Shown in pieces: positions 12,901-25,087 of a DNA stretch of 64,000 nucleotides (its first letter is position 1; every line of letters begins with the position of its first letter). The notes under the pieces were generated by a model that saw only the letters and a program-made list of their open reading frames with translations, was not told the DNA's origin and did no database searches. Both the position numbers and the translations under genes were made by a program. The DNA is from Camelus dromedarius (Eukaryota). The stretch lies in the NCBI RefSeq assembly GCF_036321535.1, contig NC_087436.1, positions 2,914,001-2,978,000 on the forward strand, in the 5' to 3' direction.

Positions 12901-13659
12901 GGTTTCTCTGTCTCTTTCCTAGTGCAGGTTTGAAGTTCCTGCAGTTTTCACTGTAAAACCGAGTTGGAGCTATTACTTCCCCATATATATGTATGGAGTG
13001 GAGTTTGCAATTGAAAAGAAACTTTCTGTTCCCAAAAGAAACGTGAAGGACGGCTTTAACACACACGTATCTCTCAGAACTGAGCATGTGGAGAGACGTT
13101 CGTTCATCTAGCACAAATGGAACGGGTTGCAGGAGAAACTTTTTCTCTGGTTTCTCAGTCTGTTTCCTAGTGCCGGGATGATGTTCCTGAATTTTTCACT
13201 GTAAAACCGAATTGGAGCTAGTACCTCCCCATATATATGTGTGGAGTGGGGTTTGCAACTGAAAAGAAACTTTGTGTTCCCAACAAGCTATGTGAAGGAC
13301 GGCTTTCACACACACTTATCTCTCAGAAGTGAGCATGTGGAGAGACTTTCGTTCATCTAGCACAAATGGAACGGGTTGAAGGAGAAACTTTTACTCTGGA
13401 TTCTCAGTCTGTTTCCTAGTGCCGGTTTGAAGTTCCTGCAGTTTTCACTGTAAAACCGAGTTGGAGCTAGTACCTACCCATATATATGTATGGAGTGGTG
13501 TTTGCAAGTGAAAAGAAACTTTGTGTTCCCAACAAGCTAGTTGAAGGCGGCTTTCACACACAATTATCTCTCAGAATTGAGCATGTGGAGAGACGTTCGT
13601 TCATCTAGCACAAAGGGAACGGGTTGCAGGAGAAACTTTTACTCTGGTTTCTCAGTCTG

Positions 13660-16600
13660 TTTCCTAGTGCCGGGATGAAGTTCCTGAATTTTTCACTGTA
13701 AAACCGAATTGGAGCTAGTACCTCCCCATATATAGGTATGGAGTGGGGTTTGCAACTGAAAAGAAACTTTGTGTTCCCAACAAGATATGTGAAGGACGGC
13801 TTTCACACACACTTATCTCTCAGAACTGAGCATGTGGAGAGACGTTCGTTCATCTAGCACGAATGGAACGGATTGCAGGAGAAACCTTTACTCTGGTTTC
13901 TCAGTCTGTTTCCTAGTGCCGTTTGGAAGTTCGTTCAGTTTTCAATGAAAAACTGTGTTGGGGCTAGTACCTCCCCATATATATGTATGGATTGGTGTTT
14001 GCAACTGAAAAGATACTTTGTGTTCCCAACAAGCTTGGTGAAGGACGGCTTTCACATACAATTATCTCTCAGAACTGAGCATGTGGAGAGACGTTCGTTC
14101 ATCTAGCACAAACGGAACGGGTTGCAGTAGAAACTTTTTCTCTGGTTTCTCAGTCTGTTTCCTAGTGCCGGTTTGAAGTTCCTGCAGTTTTCACTGTAAA
14201 ACCGAGTTGGAGCTAGTACCTCCCCATATATACGTATGGAATGGGGTTTGCAAGTGAAAAGAAACTTTGTGTTCCCAACAAGCTAGCTGAAGGAAGGCTT
14301 TCACACACAATAATCTCTCAGAACTGAGCATGTGTAGAGAAGTTCGTTCATCTAGCGCAAAGGGAACGGGTTGCAGGAGAAACTTTTACTCTGGTTTCTC
14401 AGTCTGTTTCCTAGTGCCGTTTGAAGTTCCTGTAGTTTTCACTGTAAAACCGATTTGGAGCTAGTACCTCCCCATATATATGTATGGAGTGGAGTTTGCA
14501 AGTGAAAAGAAACTTTGTGTTCCCAACAAGCTAGTTGAAGGCGGCTTTCACACACAATTATCTCTCAAAACTGAGCACGTGGAGAGACGTTCATTCATCT
14601 AGCACAAATGGAATGGGTTGAAGGAGAAACTTTTACTCTGGATTCTCAGTCTGTTTCCTAGTGCCGGTTTGAAGTTCCTGCAGTTTTCACTGTAAAATCG
14701 AGTTGGAGCTAGTACCTCCCCATATATATGTATGGAGTGGAGTTTGAAAGTGAAAAGAAAATTTGTGTTCCCAACAAGCTAGTTGAAGGCCGCTTTCACA
14801 CACAATTATCTCTCAGAACTGAGCATGTGGAGAGACGTTCGTTCATCTAGCACAAAGGGAACGGGTTGCAGGAGAAACCTTTTCTCTGGTTTCTCAGTCT
14901 GTTTCCTACTGCCGTTTGGAAGTTCCTTCAGTTTTCAATGAAAAACTGTGTTGGAGCTAGTACCTCCCCATATATATGTAAGGATTGGTGTTTGCAACTG
15001 AAAAGATACTTTGTGTTCCCAACAAGCTTGTTGAAGTACGGCTTTCACATACACTTATCTCTCAGACCTGAGCATGTGGAGAGACTTTCGTTCATCTAGC
15101 ACAAAGGGAACGGGTGGCAGGAGAAACTTTACTCTGGTTTCTCAGTCTGTTTCCTAGTGCAGGTTGTAAGTTCCTTCAATTTTCAATGAAAAGAGTGTTG
15201 GAGCTAGTACCTCCCCATATATATGTATGGATTGGTGTTTGCAACTGAAAAGAAACTTTGTGTTCCCAACAAGCTTGGTGAAGTTCGGCTTTCACTTACA
15301 CTTATCTCTCAGAACTGAGCATGTGGAGAGACGTTCGTTCATCTCACACAAACGGAACTGGTTGCAGTAGAAACTTTTACTCTGGTTTCTCAGTCTGTTT
15401 CCTAGTGCCGGTTTGAAGTTCCTGCAGTTTTCACTTTAAAACCGAGTTGGAGCTAGTACCTCCCCATATATATGTATGGAGTGGGGTTTGCAAGTGGAAA
15501 GAATCTTTGTGTTCCCAACAATCTAGTTGAAGGACGGCTTTCACACACACTTCTCTCTCAGAACTGAGCACGTGGAGAGACGTTCATTCATCTAGCACAA
15601 ATGGAACGGGTTGCAGGAGAATCTTTTACTCTGGTTTCTCAGTCTGTTTCCTAGTGCCGTTTTGAAGTTCCTGCAGTTTTCAATGTAAAACCGTGTTGGA
15701 GCTAGTACCTCCCCATATATATGTATGGAATGGAGTTAGCAAGTGAAAAGAAACTTTGTGTTCCCAACAAGCTATGTGAATGACGGCTTTCACACACAAT
15801 TATCTCTCAGAAATGAGCATGTGGTGAGACGTTCGTTCATCTAGCACAAAGGGAACGGGTTGCAGGAGAATCTTTTACTCTGGTTTCTCAGTCTGTTTCC
15901 TAGTGCCGGTTTGATGTTCCTGCAGGTTTCACTGTAAAACAGAGTTGGAGCTAGTACCCCCCCATATATATGTATGGATTGGAGTTTGCAAGAGAAAAGA
16001 ATCTTTCTGTTCCCAACAAGCTGGGTGAAGAACGGCTTTCACACACACTTATCTCTCAGAACTGAGCATGTGGAGAGAATTTCGTTCATCTAGCACAAAG
16101 GGAACGGATTGCAGGAGAAACTTTTACTCTGGTTTCTCAGTCTGTTTACTAGTGCCGGTTGGAATTTCCTTCAGTTTTCAATGAAAAACAGTGTTGGAGC
16201 TAGTACCTCCCCATATATATGTATGGATTGGTGTTTGCAACTGAAAAGAACTTTGTGTTCCCAACAAGCTTGGTGAAGGACTGCTTTCTCATACAATTAT
16301 CACTCAGAAATGAGCATGTGGAGAGACGTTCTTTCATCTTGCATAAAGTGAACGGGTTGCAGCAGAAACTTTTACTCTGGTTTCTCTGTCTCTTTCCTAG
16401 TGCAGGTTTGAAGTTCCTGCAGTTTTCACTGTAAAACCGAGTTGGAGCTATTACTTCCCCATATATATGTATGGAGTGGAGTTTGCAATTGAAAAGAAAC
16501 TTTCTGTTCCCAAAAGAAACGTGAAGGACGGCTTTCACACACACGTATCTCTCAGAACTGAGCATGTGGAGAGACGTTCGTTCATCTAGCACAAATGGAA

Positions 16601-19600
16601 CGGGTTGCAGGAGAAACTTTTTCTCTGGTTTCTCAGTCTGTTTCCTAGTGCCGGGATGATGTTCCTGAATTTTTCACTGTAAAACCGAATTGGAGCTAGT
16701 ACCTCCCCATATATATGTGTGGAGTGGGGTTTGCAACTGAAAAGAAACTTTGTGTTCCCAACAAGCTATGTGAAGGACGGCTTTCACACACACTTATCTC
16801 TCAGAAGTGAGCATGTGGAGAGACTTTCGTTCATCTAGCACAAATGGAACGGGTTGAAGGAGAAACTTTTACTCTGGATTCTCAGTCTGTTTCCTAGTGC
16901 CGGGTTGAAGTTCCTGCAGTTTTCACTGTAAAACCGAGTTGGAGCTAGTACCTCCCCATATATACGTATGGAGTGAGGTTTGCAAGTGAAAAGAAACTTT
17001 GTGTTCCCAACAAGTTATGTGAAGGAAGGCTTTCACACACAATTATCCCTCAGAACTGAGCATGTGGAGAGACGTTCGTTCATCTAGCGCAAAGGGAACG
17101 GGATGCAGGAGAAACTTTTACTCTGGTTTCTCAGTCTGTTTCCTAGTGCTGTTTGAAGTTCCTGCAGTTTTCACTGTAAAACCGATTTGGAGCTAGTACC
17201 TCCCCATATATATGTATGGAGTGGAGTTTGCAAGTGAAAAGAAACTTTGTGTTCCCAACAAGCTAGTTGAAGGCGGCTTTCAAACACAATTATCTCTCAG
17301 AACTGTGCATGTGGAGAGACGTTCATTCAACTAGCACAAATGGAACGGGTTGAAGGAGAAACTTTTACTCTGGATTCTCAGTCTGTTTCCTAGTGCCGGT
17401 TTGAAGTTCCTGCAGTTTTCACTGTAAAACCGAGTTGGAGCTAGTACCTCCCCATATATATGTATGCAGTGGTGTTTGCAAGTGAAAAGAAACTTTGTGT
17501 TCCCAACAAGCTAGTTGAAGGCGGCTTTCACACACAATTATCTCTCAGAACTGAGCATGTGGAGAGACGTTCGTTCATCTAGCACAAAGGGAACGGGTTG
17601 CAGGAGCAACTTTTACTCTGGTTTCTCAGTCTGTTTCCTAGTGCCGGGATGAAGTTCCTGAATTTTTCACTGTAAAACCGAATTGGAGCTAGTACCTCCC
17701 CATATATAGGTATGGAGTGGGGTTTGCAACTGAAAAGAAACTTTGTGTTCCCAACAAGATATGTGAAGGACGGCTTTCACACACACTTATCTCTCAGAAC
17801 TGAGCATGTGGAGAGACGTTCGTTCATCTAGCACGAATGGAACGGATTGCAGGAGAAACCTTTACTCTGGTTTCTCAGTCTGTTTCCTAGTGCCGTTTGG
17901 AAGTTCGTTCAGTTTTCAATGAAAAACTGTGTTGGGGCTAGTACCTCCCCATATATATGTATGGATTGGTGTTTGCAACTGAAAAGATACTTTGTGTTCC
18001 CAACAAGCTTGGTGAAGGACGGCTTTCACATACAATTATCTCTCAGAACTGAGCATGTGGAGAGACGTTCGTTCATCTAGCACAAACGGAACGGGTTGCA
18101 GTAGAAACTTTTTCTCTGGTTTCTCAGTCTGTTTCCTAGTGCCGGTTTGAAGTTCCTGCAGTTTTCACTGTAAAACCGAGTTGGAGCTAGTACCTCCCCA
18201 TATATACGTATGGAATGGGGTTTGCAAGTGAAAAGAAACTTTGTGTTCCCAACAAGCTAGCTGAAGGAAGGCTTTCACACACAATAATCTCTCAGAACTG
18301 AGCATGTGTAGAGAATTTCGTTCATCTAGCGCAAAGGGAACGGGTTACAGGAGAAACTTTTACTCTGGTTTCTCAGTCTGTTTCCTAGTGCCGTTTGAAG
18401 TTCCTGTAGTTTTCACTGTAAAACCGATTTGGAGCTAGTACCTCCCCATATATATGTATGGAGTGGAGTTTGCAAGTGAAAAGAAACTTTGTGTTCCCAA
18501 CAAGCTAGTTGAAGGCGGCTTTCACACACAATTATCTCTCAAAACTGAGCACGTGGAGAGACGTTCATTCATCTAGCACAAATGGAACGGGTTGAAGGAG
18601 AAACTTTTACTCTGGATTCTCAGTCTGTTTCCTAGTGCCGGTTTGAAGTTCCTGCAGTTTTCACTGTAAAATCGAGTTGGAGCTAGTACCTCCCCATATA
18701 TATGTATGGAGTGGAGTTTGAAAGTGAAGAGAAAATTTGTGTTCCCAACAAGCTAGTTGAAGGCCGCTTTCACACACAATTATCTCTCAGAACTGAGCAT
18801 GTGGAGAGACGTTCGTTCATCTAGCACAAAGGGAACGGGTTGCAGGAGAAACCTTTTCTCTGGTTTCTCAGTCTGTTTCCTACTGCCGTTTGGAAGTTCC
18901 TTCAGTTTTCAATGAAAAACTGTGTTGGAGCTAGTACCTCCCCATATATATGTAAGGATTGGTGTTTGCAACTGAAAAGATACTTTGTGTTCCCAACAAG
19001 CTTGTTGAAGTACGGCTTTCACATACACTTATCTCTCAGACCTGAGCATGTGGAGAGACTTTCGTTCATCTAGCACAAAGGGAACGGGTGGCAGGAGAAA
19101 CTTTACTCTGGTTTCTCAGTCTGTTTCCTAGTGCAGGTTGTAAGTTCCTTCAATTTTCAATGAAAAGAGTGTTGGAGCTAGTACCTCCCCATATATATGT
19201 ATGGATTGGTGTTTGCAACTGAAAAGAAACTTTGTGTTCCCAACAAGCTTGGTGAAGTTCGGCTTTCACTTACACTTATCTCTCAGAACTGAGCATGTGG
19301 AGAGACGTTCGTTCATCTCACACAAACGGAACTGGTTGCAGTAGAAACTTTTACTCTGGTTTCTCAGACTGTTTCCTAGTGCCGGTTTGAAGTTCCTGCA
19401 GTTTTCACTTTAAAACCGAGTTGGAGCTAGTACCTCCCCATATATATGTATGGAGTGGGGTTTGCAAGTGGAAAGAAACTTTGTGTTCCCAACAATCTAG
19501 TTGAAGGACGGCTTTCACACACACTTCTCTCTCAGAACTGAGCACGTGGAGAGACGTTCATTCATCTAGCACAAATGGAACGGGTTGCAGGAGAATCTTT

Positions 19601-20366
19601 TACTCTGGTTTCTCAGTCTGTTTCCTAGTGCCGTTTTGAAGTTCCTGCAGTTTTCAATGTAAAACCGTGTTGGAGCTAGTACCTCCCCATATATATGTAT
19701 GGAATGGAGTTAGCAAGTGAAAAGAAACTTTGTGTTCCCAACAAGCTATGTGAATGACGGCTTTCACACACAATTATCCCTCAGAAATGAGCATGTGGTG
19801 AGACGTTCGTTCATCTAGCACAAAGGGAACGGGTTGCAGGAGAATCTTTTACTCTGGTTTCTCAGTCTGTTTCCTAGTGCCGGTTTGATGTTCCTGCAGG
19901 TTTCACTGTAAAACAGAGTTGGAGCTAGTACCCCCCCATATATATGTATGGATTGGAGTTTGCAAGAGAAAAGAATCTTTCTGTTCCCAACAAGCTGGGT
20001 GAAGAACGGCTTTCACACACACTTATCTCTCAGAACTGAGCATGTGGAGAGAATTTCGTTCATCTAGCACAAAGGGAACGGATTGCAGGAGAAACTTTTA
20101 CTCTGGTTTCTCAGTCTGTTTACTAGTGCCGGTTGGAATTTCCTTCAGTTTTCAATGAAAAACAGTGTTGGAGCTAGTACCTCCCCATATATATGTATGG
20201 ATTGGTGTTTGCAACTGAAAAGAACTTTGTGTTCCCAACAAGCTTGGTGAAGGACTGCTTTCTCATACAATTATCACTCAGAAATGAGCATGTGGAGAGA
20301 CGTTCTTTCATCTTGCATAAAGTGAACGGGTTGCAGGAGAAACTTTTACTCTGGTTTCTCAGTCTG
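13660..20366. repeat. 16-mer HOR (3974 bp), about 1.7 tandem copies
   Basis: Class M starts at 13660 and 17634. The order M A1 B C D A2 E F G H I is repeated. Confidence 0.85.
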
Positions 20367-21610
20367 TTTCCTAGTGCCGGGATGAAGTTCCTGAATTTTT
20401 CACTGTAAAACCGAATTGGAGCTAGTACCTCCCCATATATAGGTATGGAGTGGGGTTTGCAACTGAAAAGAAACTTTGTGTTCCCAACAAGATATGTGAA
20501 GGACGGCTTTCACACACACTTATCTCTCAGAACTGAGCATGTGGAGAGACGTTCGTTCATCTAGCACAAATGGAACGGGTTGCAGGAGAAACTTTTTCTC
20601 TGGTTTCTCAGTCTGTTTCCTAGTGCCGTTTGGAAGTTCGTTCAGTTTTCAATGAAAAACTGTGTTGGGGCTAGTACCTCCCCATATATATGTATGGATT
20701 GGTGTTTTCAACTGAAAAGATACTTTGTGTTCCCAACAAGCTTGGTGAAGGACGGCTTTCACATACAATTATCTCTCAGAACTGAGCATGTGGAGAGACG
20801 TTCGTTCATCTAGCACAAACGGAACGGGTTGCAGTAGAAACTTTTTCTCTGGTTTCTCAGTCTGTTTCCTAGTGCCGGTTTGAAGTTCCTGCAGTTTTCA
20901 CTGTAAAACCGAGTTGGAGCTTGTACCTCCCCATATATACTTATGGAATGGGGTTTGCAAGTGAAAAGAAACTTTGTGTTCCCAACAAGCTAGCTGAAGG
21001 AAGGCTTTCACACACAATAATCTCTCAGAACTGAGCATGTGGAGAGACGTTCGTTCATCTAGCGCAAAGTGAACGGGTTGCAGGAGAAACTTTTACTCTG
21101 GTTTCTCAGTCTGTTTCCTAGTGCCGGTTTGAAGTTCCTGCAGTTTTCAAGTTAAAACCGTGTTGGAGCTAGAACCTCCCATATACATGTATGGAGCGGA
21201 GTTTGCAAGTGAAAAGAAACTTTGTGTTCCCAACAAGCTTGGTGAAGGACGGCTTTCACATACAATAATCTCTCAGAAATGAGCATGTGGAGAGACGCCC
21301 GTTCAACTAGCACAAAGGGAACGGGTTGCAGGAGAAACTTTTACTCTGGTTTCTCAGTCTTTTTCCTAGTGCCGGTTTGAAGTTCCTGCAGTTTTCACTG
21401 TAAAACCGAGTTGGAGCTAGTACCTCCCCATATATATGTATGGCTTGGAGTTTGCAACTGAAAAGAAACTTTGTGTTCCCAACAAGCTGGGTGAAGGACG
21501 GATTTCACACACACTTATCTCTCAGAACTGAGCATGTGGAGAGAATTTCGTTCATCTAGCACAAAGGGAATGGATTGCAGGAGAAACTTTTACTCTGGTT
21601 TCTCAGTCTG

Positions 21611-24600
21611 TTTACTAGTGCCGGTTGGAATTTCCTTCAGTTTTCAATGAAAAACAGTGTTGGAGCTAGTACCTCCCCATATATATGTATGGATTGGTGT
21701 TTGCAACTGAAAAGAACTTTGTGTTCCCAACAAGCTTGGTGAAGGACTGCTTTCTCATACACTTATCACTCAGAAATTAGCATGTGGAGAGTCGTTCTTT
21801 CATCTTGCATAAAGTGAACGTGTTGCAGGAGAAACTTTTACTCTGGTTTCTCTATCTCTTTCCTAGTGCAGTTTTGAAGTTCCTGCAGTTTTCACTGTAA
21901 AACCGATTTGGAGCTATTACTTCCCCATATATATGTATGGAGTGGAGTTTGCAATTGAAAAGAAACTTTGTGTTCCCAAAAGAAACGTGAAGGGCGGCTT
22001 TCACACACACGTATCTCTCAGAACTGAGCATGTGGAGAGACGTTCGTTCATCTAGCACAAATGGAACGGGTTGCAGGAGAAACTTTTTCTCTGGTTTCTC
22101 AGTCTGTTTCCTAGTGCCGGGATGATGTTCCTGAATTTTTCACTGTAAAACCGAATTGGAGCTAGTACCTCCCCATATATATGTGTGGAGTGGGGTTTGC
22201 AACTGAAAAGAAACTTTGTGTTCCCAACAAGCTATGTGAAGGACGGCTTTCACACACACTTATCTCTCAGAAGTGAGCATGTGGAGAGACTTTCGTTCAT
22301 CTAGCACAAATGGAACGGGTTGAAGGAGAAACTTTTACTCTGGATTCTCAGTCTGTTTCCTAGTGCCGGTTTGAAGTTCCTGCAGTTTTCACTGTAAAAC
22401 CGAGTTGGAGCTAGTACCTCCCCATATATATGTATGGAGTGGTGTTTGCAAGTGAAAAGAAACTTTGTGTTCCCAACAAGCTAGTTGAAGGCGGCTTTCA
22501 CACACAATTATCTCTCAGAATTGAGCATGTGGAGAGACGTTCGTTCATCTAGCACAAAGGGAACTGGTTGCAGTAGAATCTTTTACTCTTTTTTCTCAGT
22601 CTGTTTCCTAGTGCCGGTTTGATGTTCCTGCAGGTTTCACTGTAAAACAGAGTTGGAGCTAGTACCTCCCCATATATATGTATGGACTGGAGTTTGCAAC
22701 TGAAAAGAAACTTTGTGTTCCCAACAAGCTGGGTGAAGGACGGATTTCACACACACTTATCTCTCAGAACTGAGCATGTGGAGAGAATTTCGTTCATCTA
22801 GCACAAAGGGAACGGATTGCAGGAGAAACTTTTACTCTGGTTTCTCAGTCTGTTTCCTAGTGCCGGTTGGAATTTCCTTCAGTTTTCAATGAAAAACAGT
22901 GTTGGAGCTAGTACCTCCCCATATATATGTATGGATTGGTGTTTGCAACTGAAAAGAACTTTGTGTTCCCAACAAGCTTGGTGAAGGACTGCTTTCTCAT
23001 ACAATTATCACTCAGAAATGAGCATGTGGAGAGACGTTCTTTTATCTTGCATAAAGTGAACGGGTTGCAGGAGAAACTTTTACTCTGGTTTCTCTGTCTC
23101 TTTCCTAGTGCAGGTTTGAAGTTCCTGCAGTTTTCACTGTAAAACCGAGTTGGAGCTATTACTTCCCCATATATATGTATGGAGTGGAGTTTGCAATTGA
23201 AAAGAAACTTTCTGTTCCCAAAAGAAACGTGAAGGACGGCTTTAACACACACGTATCTCTCAGAACTGAGCATGTGGAGAGACGTTCGTTCATCTAGCAC
23301 AAATGGAACGGGTTGCAGGAGAAACTTTTTCTCTGGTTTCTCAGTCTGTTTCCTAGTGCCGGGATGATGTTCCTGAATTTTTCACTGTAAAACCGAATTG
23401 GAGCTAGTACCTCCCCATATATATGTGTGGAGTGGGGTTTGCAACTGAAAAGAAACTTTGTGTTCCCAACAAGCTATGTGAAGGACGGCTTTCACACACA
23501 CTTATCTCTCAGAAGTGAGCATGTGGAGAGACTTTCGTTCATCTAGCACAAATGGAACGGGTTGAAGGAGAAACTTTTACTCTGGATTCTCAGTCTGTTT
23601 CCTAGTGCCGGTTTGAAGTTCCTGCAGTTTTCACTGTAAAACCGAGTTGGAGCTAGTACCTCCCCATATATATGTATGGAGTGGTGTTTGCAAGTGAAAA
23701 GAAACTTTGTGTTCCCAACAAGCTAGTTGAAGGCGGCTTTCACACACAATTATCTCTCAGAATTGAGCATGTGGAGAGACGTTCGTTCATCTAGCACAAA
23801 GGGAACGGGTTGCAGGAGAAACTTTTACTCTGGTTTCTCAGTCTGTTTCCTAGTGCCGGGATGAAGTTCCTGAATTTTTCACTGTAAAACCGAATTGGAG
23901 CTAGTACCTCCCCATATATAGGTATGGAGTGGGGTTTGCAACTGAAAAGAAACTTTGTGTTCCCAACAAGATATGTGAAGGACGGCTTTCACACACACTT
24001 ATCTCTCAGAACTGAGCATGTGGAGAGAATTTCGTTCATCTAGCACAAAGGGAACGGATTGCAGGAGAAACTTTTACTCTGGTTTCTCAGTCTGTTTACT
24101 AGTGCCGGTTGGAATTTCCTTCAGTTTTCAATGAAAAACAGTGTTGGAGCAAGTACCTCCCCATATATATGTATGGATTGGTGTTTGCAACTGAAAAGAA
24201 CTTTGTGTTCCCAACAAGCTTGGTGAAGGACTGCTTTCTCATACACTTATCACTCAGAAATGAGCATGTGGAGAGAAGTTCTTTCATCTTGCATAAAGTG
24301 AACGGGTTGCAGGAGAAACTTTTACTCTGGTTTCTCTATCTCTTTCCTAGTGCAGGTTTGAAGTTCCTGCAGTTTTCACTGTAAAACCGAGTTGGAGCTA
24401 TTACTTCCCCATATATATGTATGGAGTGGAGTTTGCAATTGAAAAGAAACTTTGTGTTCCCAAAAGAAACGTGAAGGGCGGCTTTCACACACACGTATCT
24501 CTCAGAACTGAGCTTGTGGAGAGACGTTCGTTCATCTAGCACAAATGGAACGGGTTGCAGGAGAAACTTTTTCTCTGGTTTCTCAGTCTGTTTCCTAGTG

Positions 24601-25087
24601 CCGGGATGATGTTCCTGAATTTTTCACTGTAAAACCGAATTGGAGCTAGTACCTCCCCATATATATGTGTGGAGTGGGGTTTGCAACTGAAAAGAAACTT
24701 TGTGTTCCCAACAAGCTATGTGAAGGACGGCTTTCACACACACTTATCTCTCAGAAGTGAGCATGTGGAGAGACTTTTGTTCATCTAGCACAAATGGAAC
24801 GGGTTGAAGGAGAAACTTTTACTCTGGATTCTCAGTCTGTTTCCTAGTGCCGGTTTGAAGTTCCTGCAGTTTTCACTGTAAAACCGAGTTGGAGCTAGTA
24901 CCTCCCCATATATATGTATGGAGTGGTGTTTGCAAGTGAAAAGAAACTTTGTGTTCCCAACAAGCTAGTTGAAGGCGGCTTTCACACACAATTATCTCTC
25001 AGAATTGAGCATGTGGAGAGACGTTCGTTCATCTAGCACAAAGGGAACGGGTTGCAGGAGAAACTTTTACTCTGGTTTCTCAGTCTG
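21611..25087. repeat. Three I-J-K-L blocks at a 5-monomer (~1242 bp) period with differing fifth monomers
   Basis: Class I (GGTTGGAATTTCCTTC, GGACTGCTTTCTC) starts near 21611, 22853 and 24095. ORF offset 21852->24336 = 2484 = 2 x 1242. Confidence 0.75.

Larger units (their letters stand above)
3971..23845. repeat. ~10 kb tandem super-duplication 1: copy 1 3971-13659 (39 monomers), copy 2 13660-23845 (41 monomers)
   Basis: ORF offsets are 9689 (4184->13873, 5177->14866, 6511->16200), then 10931 (7909->18840), then 10186 (10394->20580, 11666->21852, 12722->22908). Shared rare variants include CAGCAGAAAC, ATACTTATGG and GGCTTTAAC. Confidence 0.85.
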
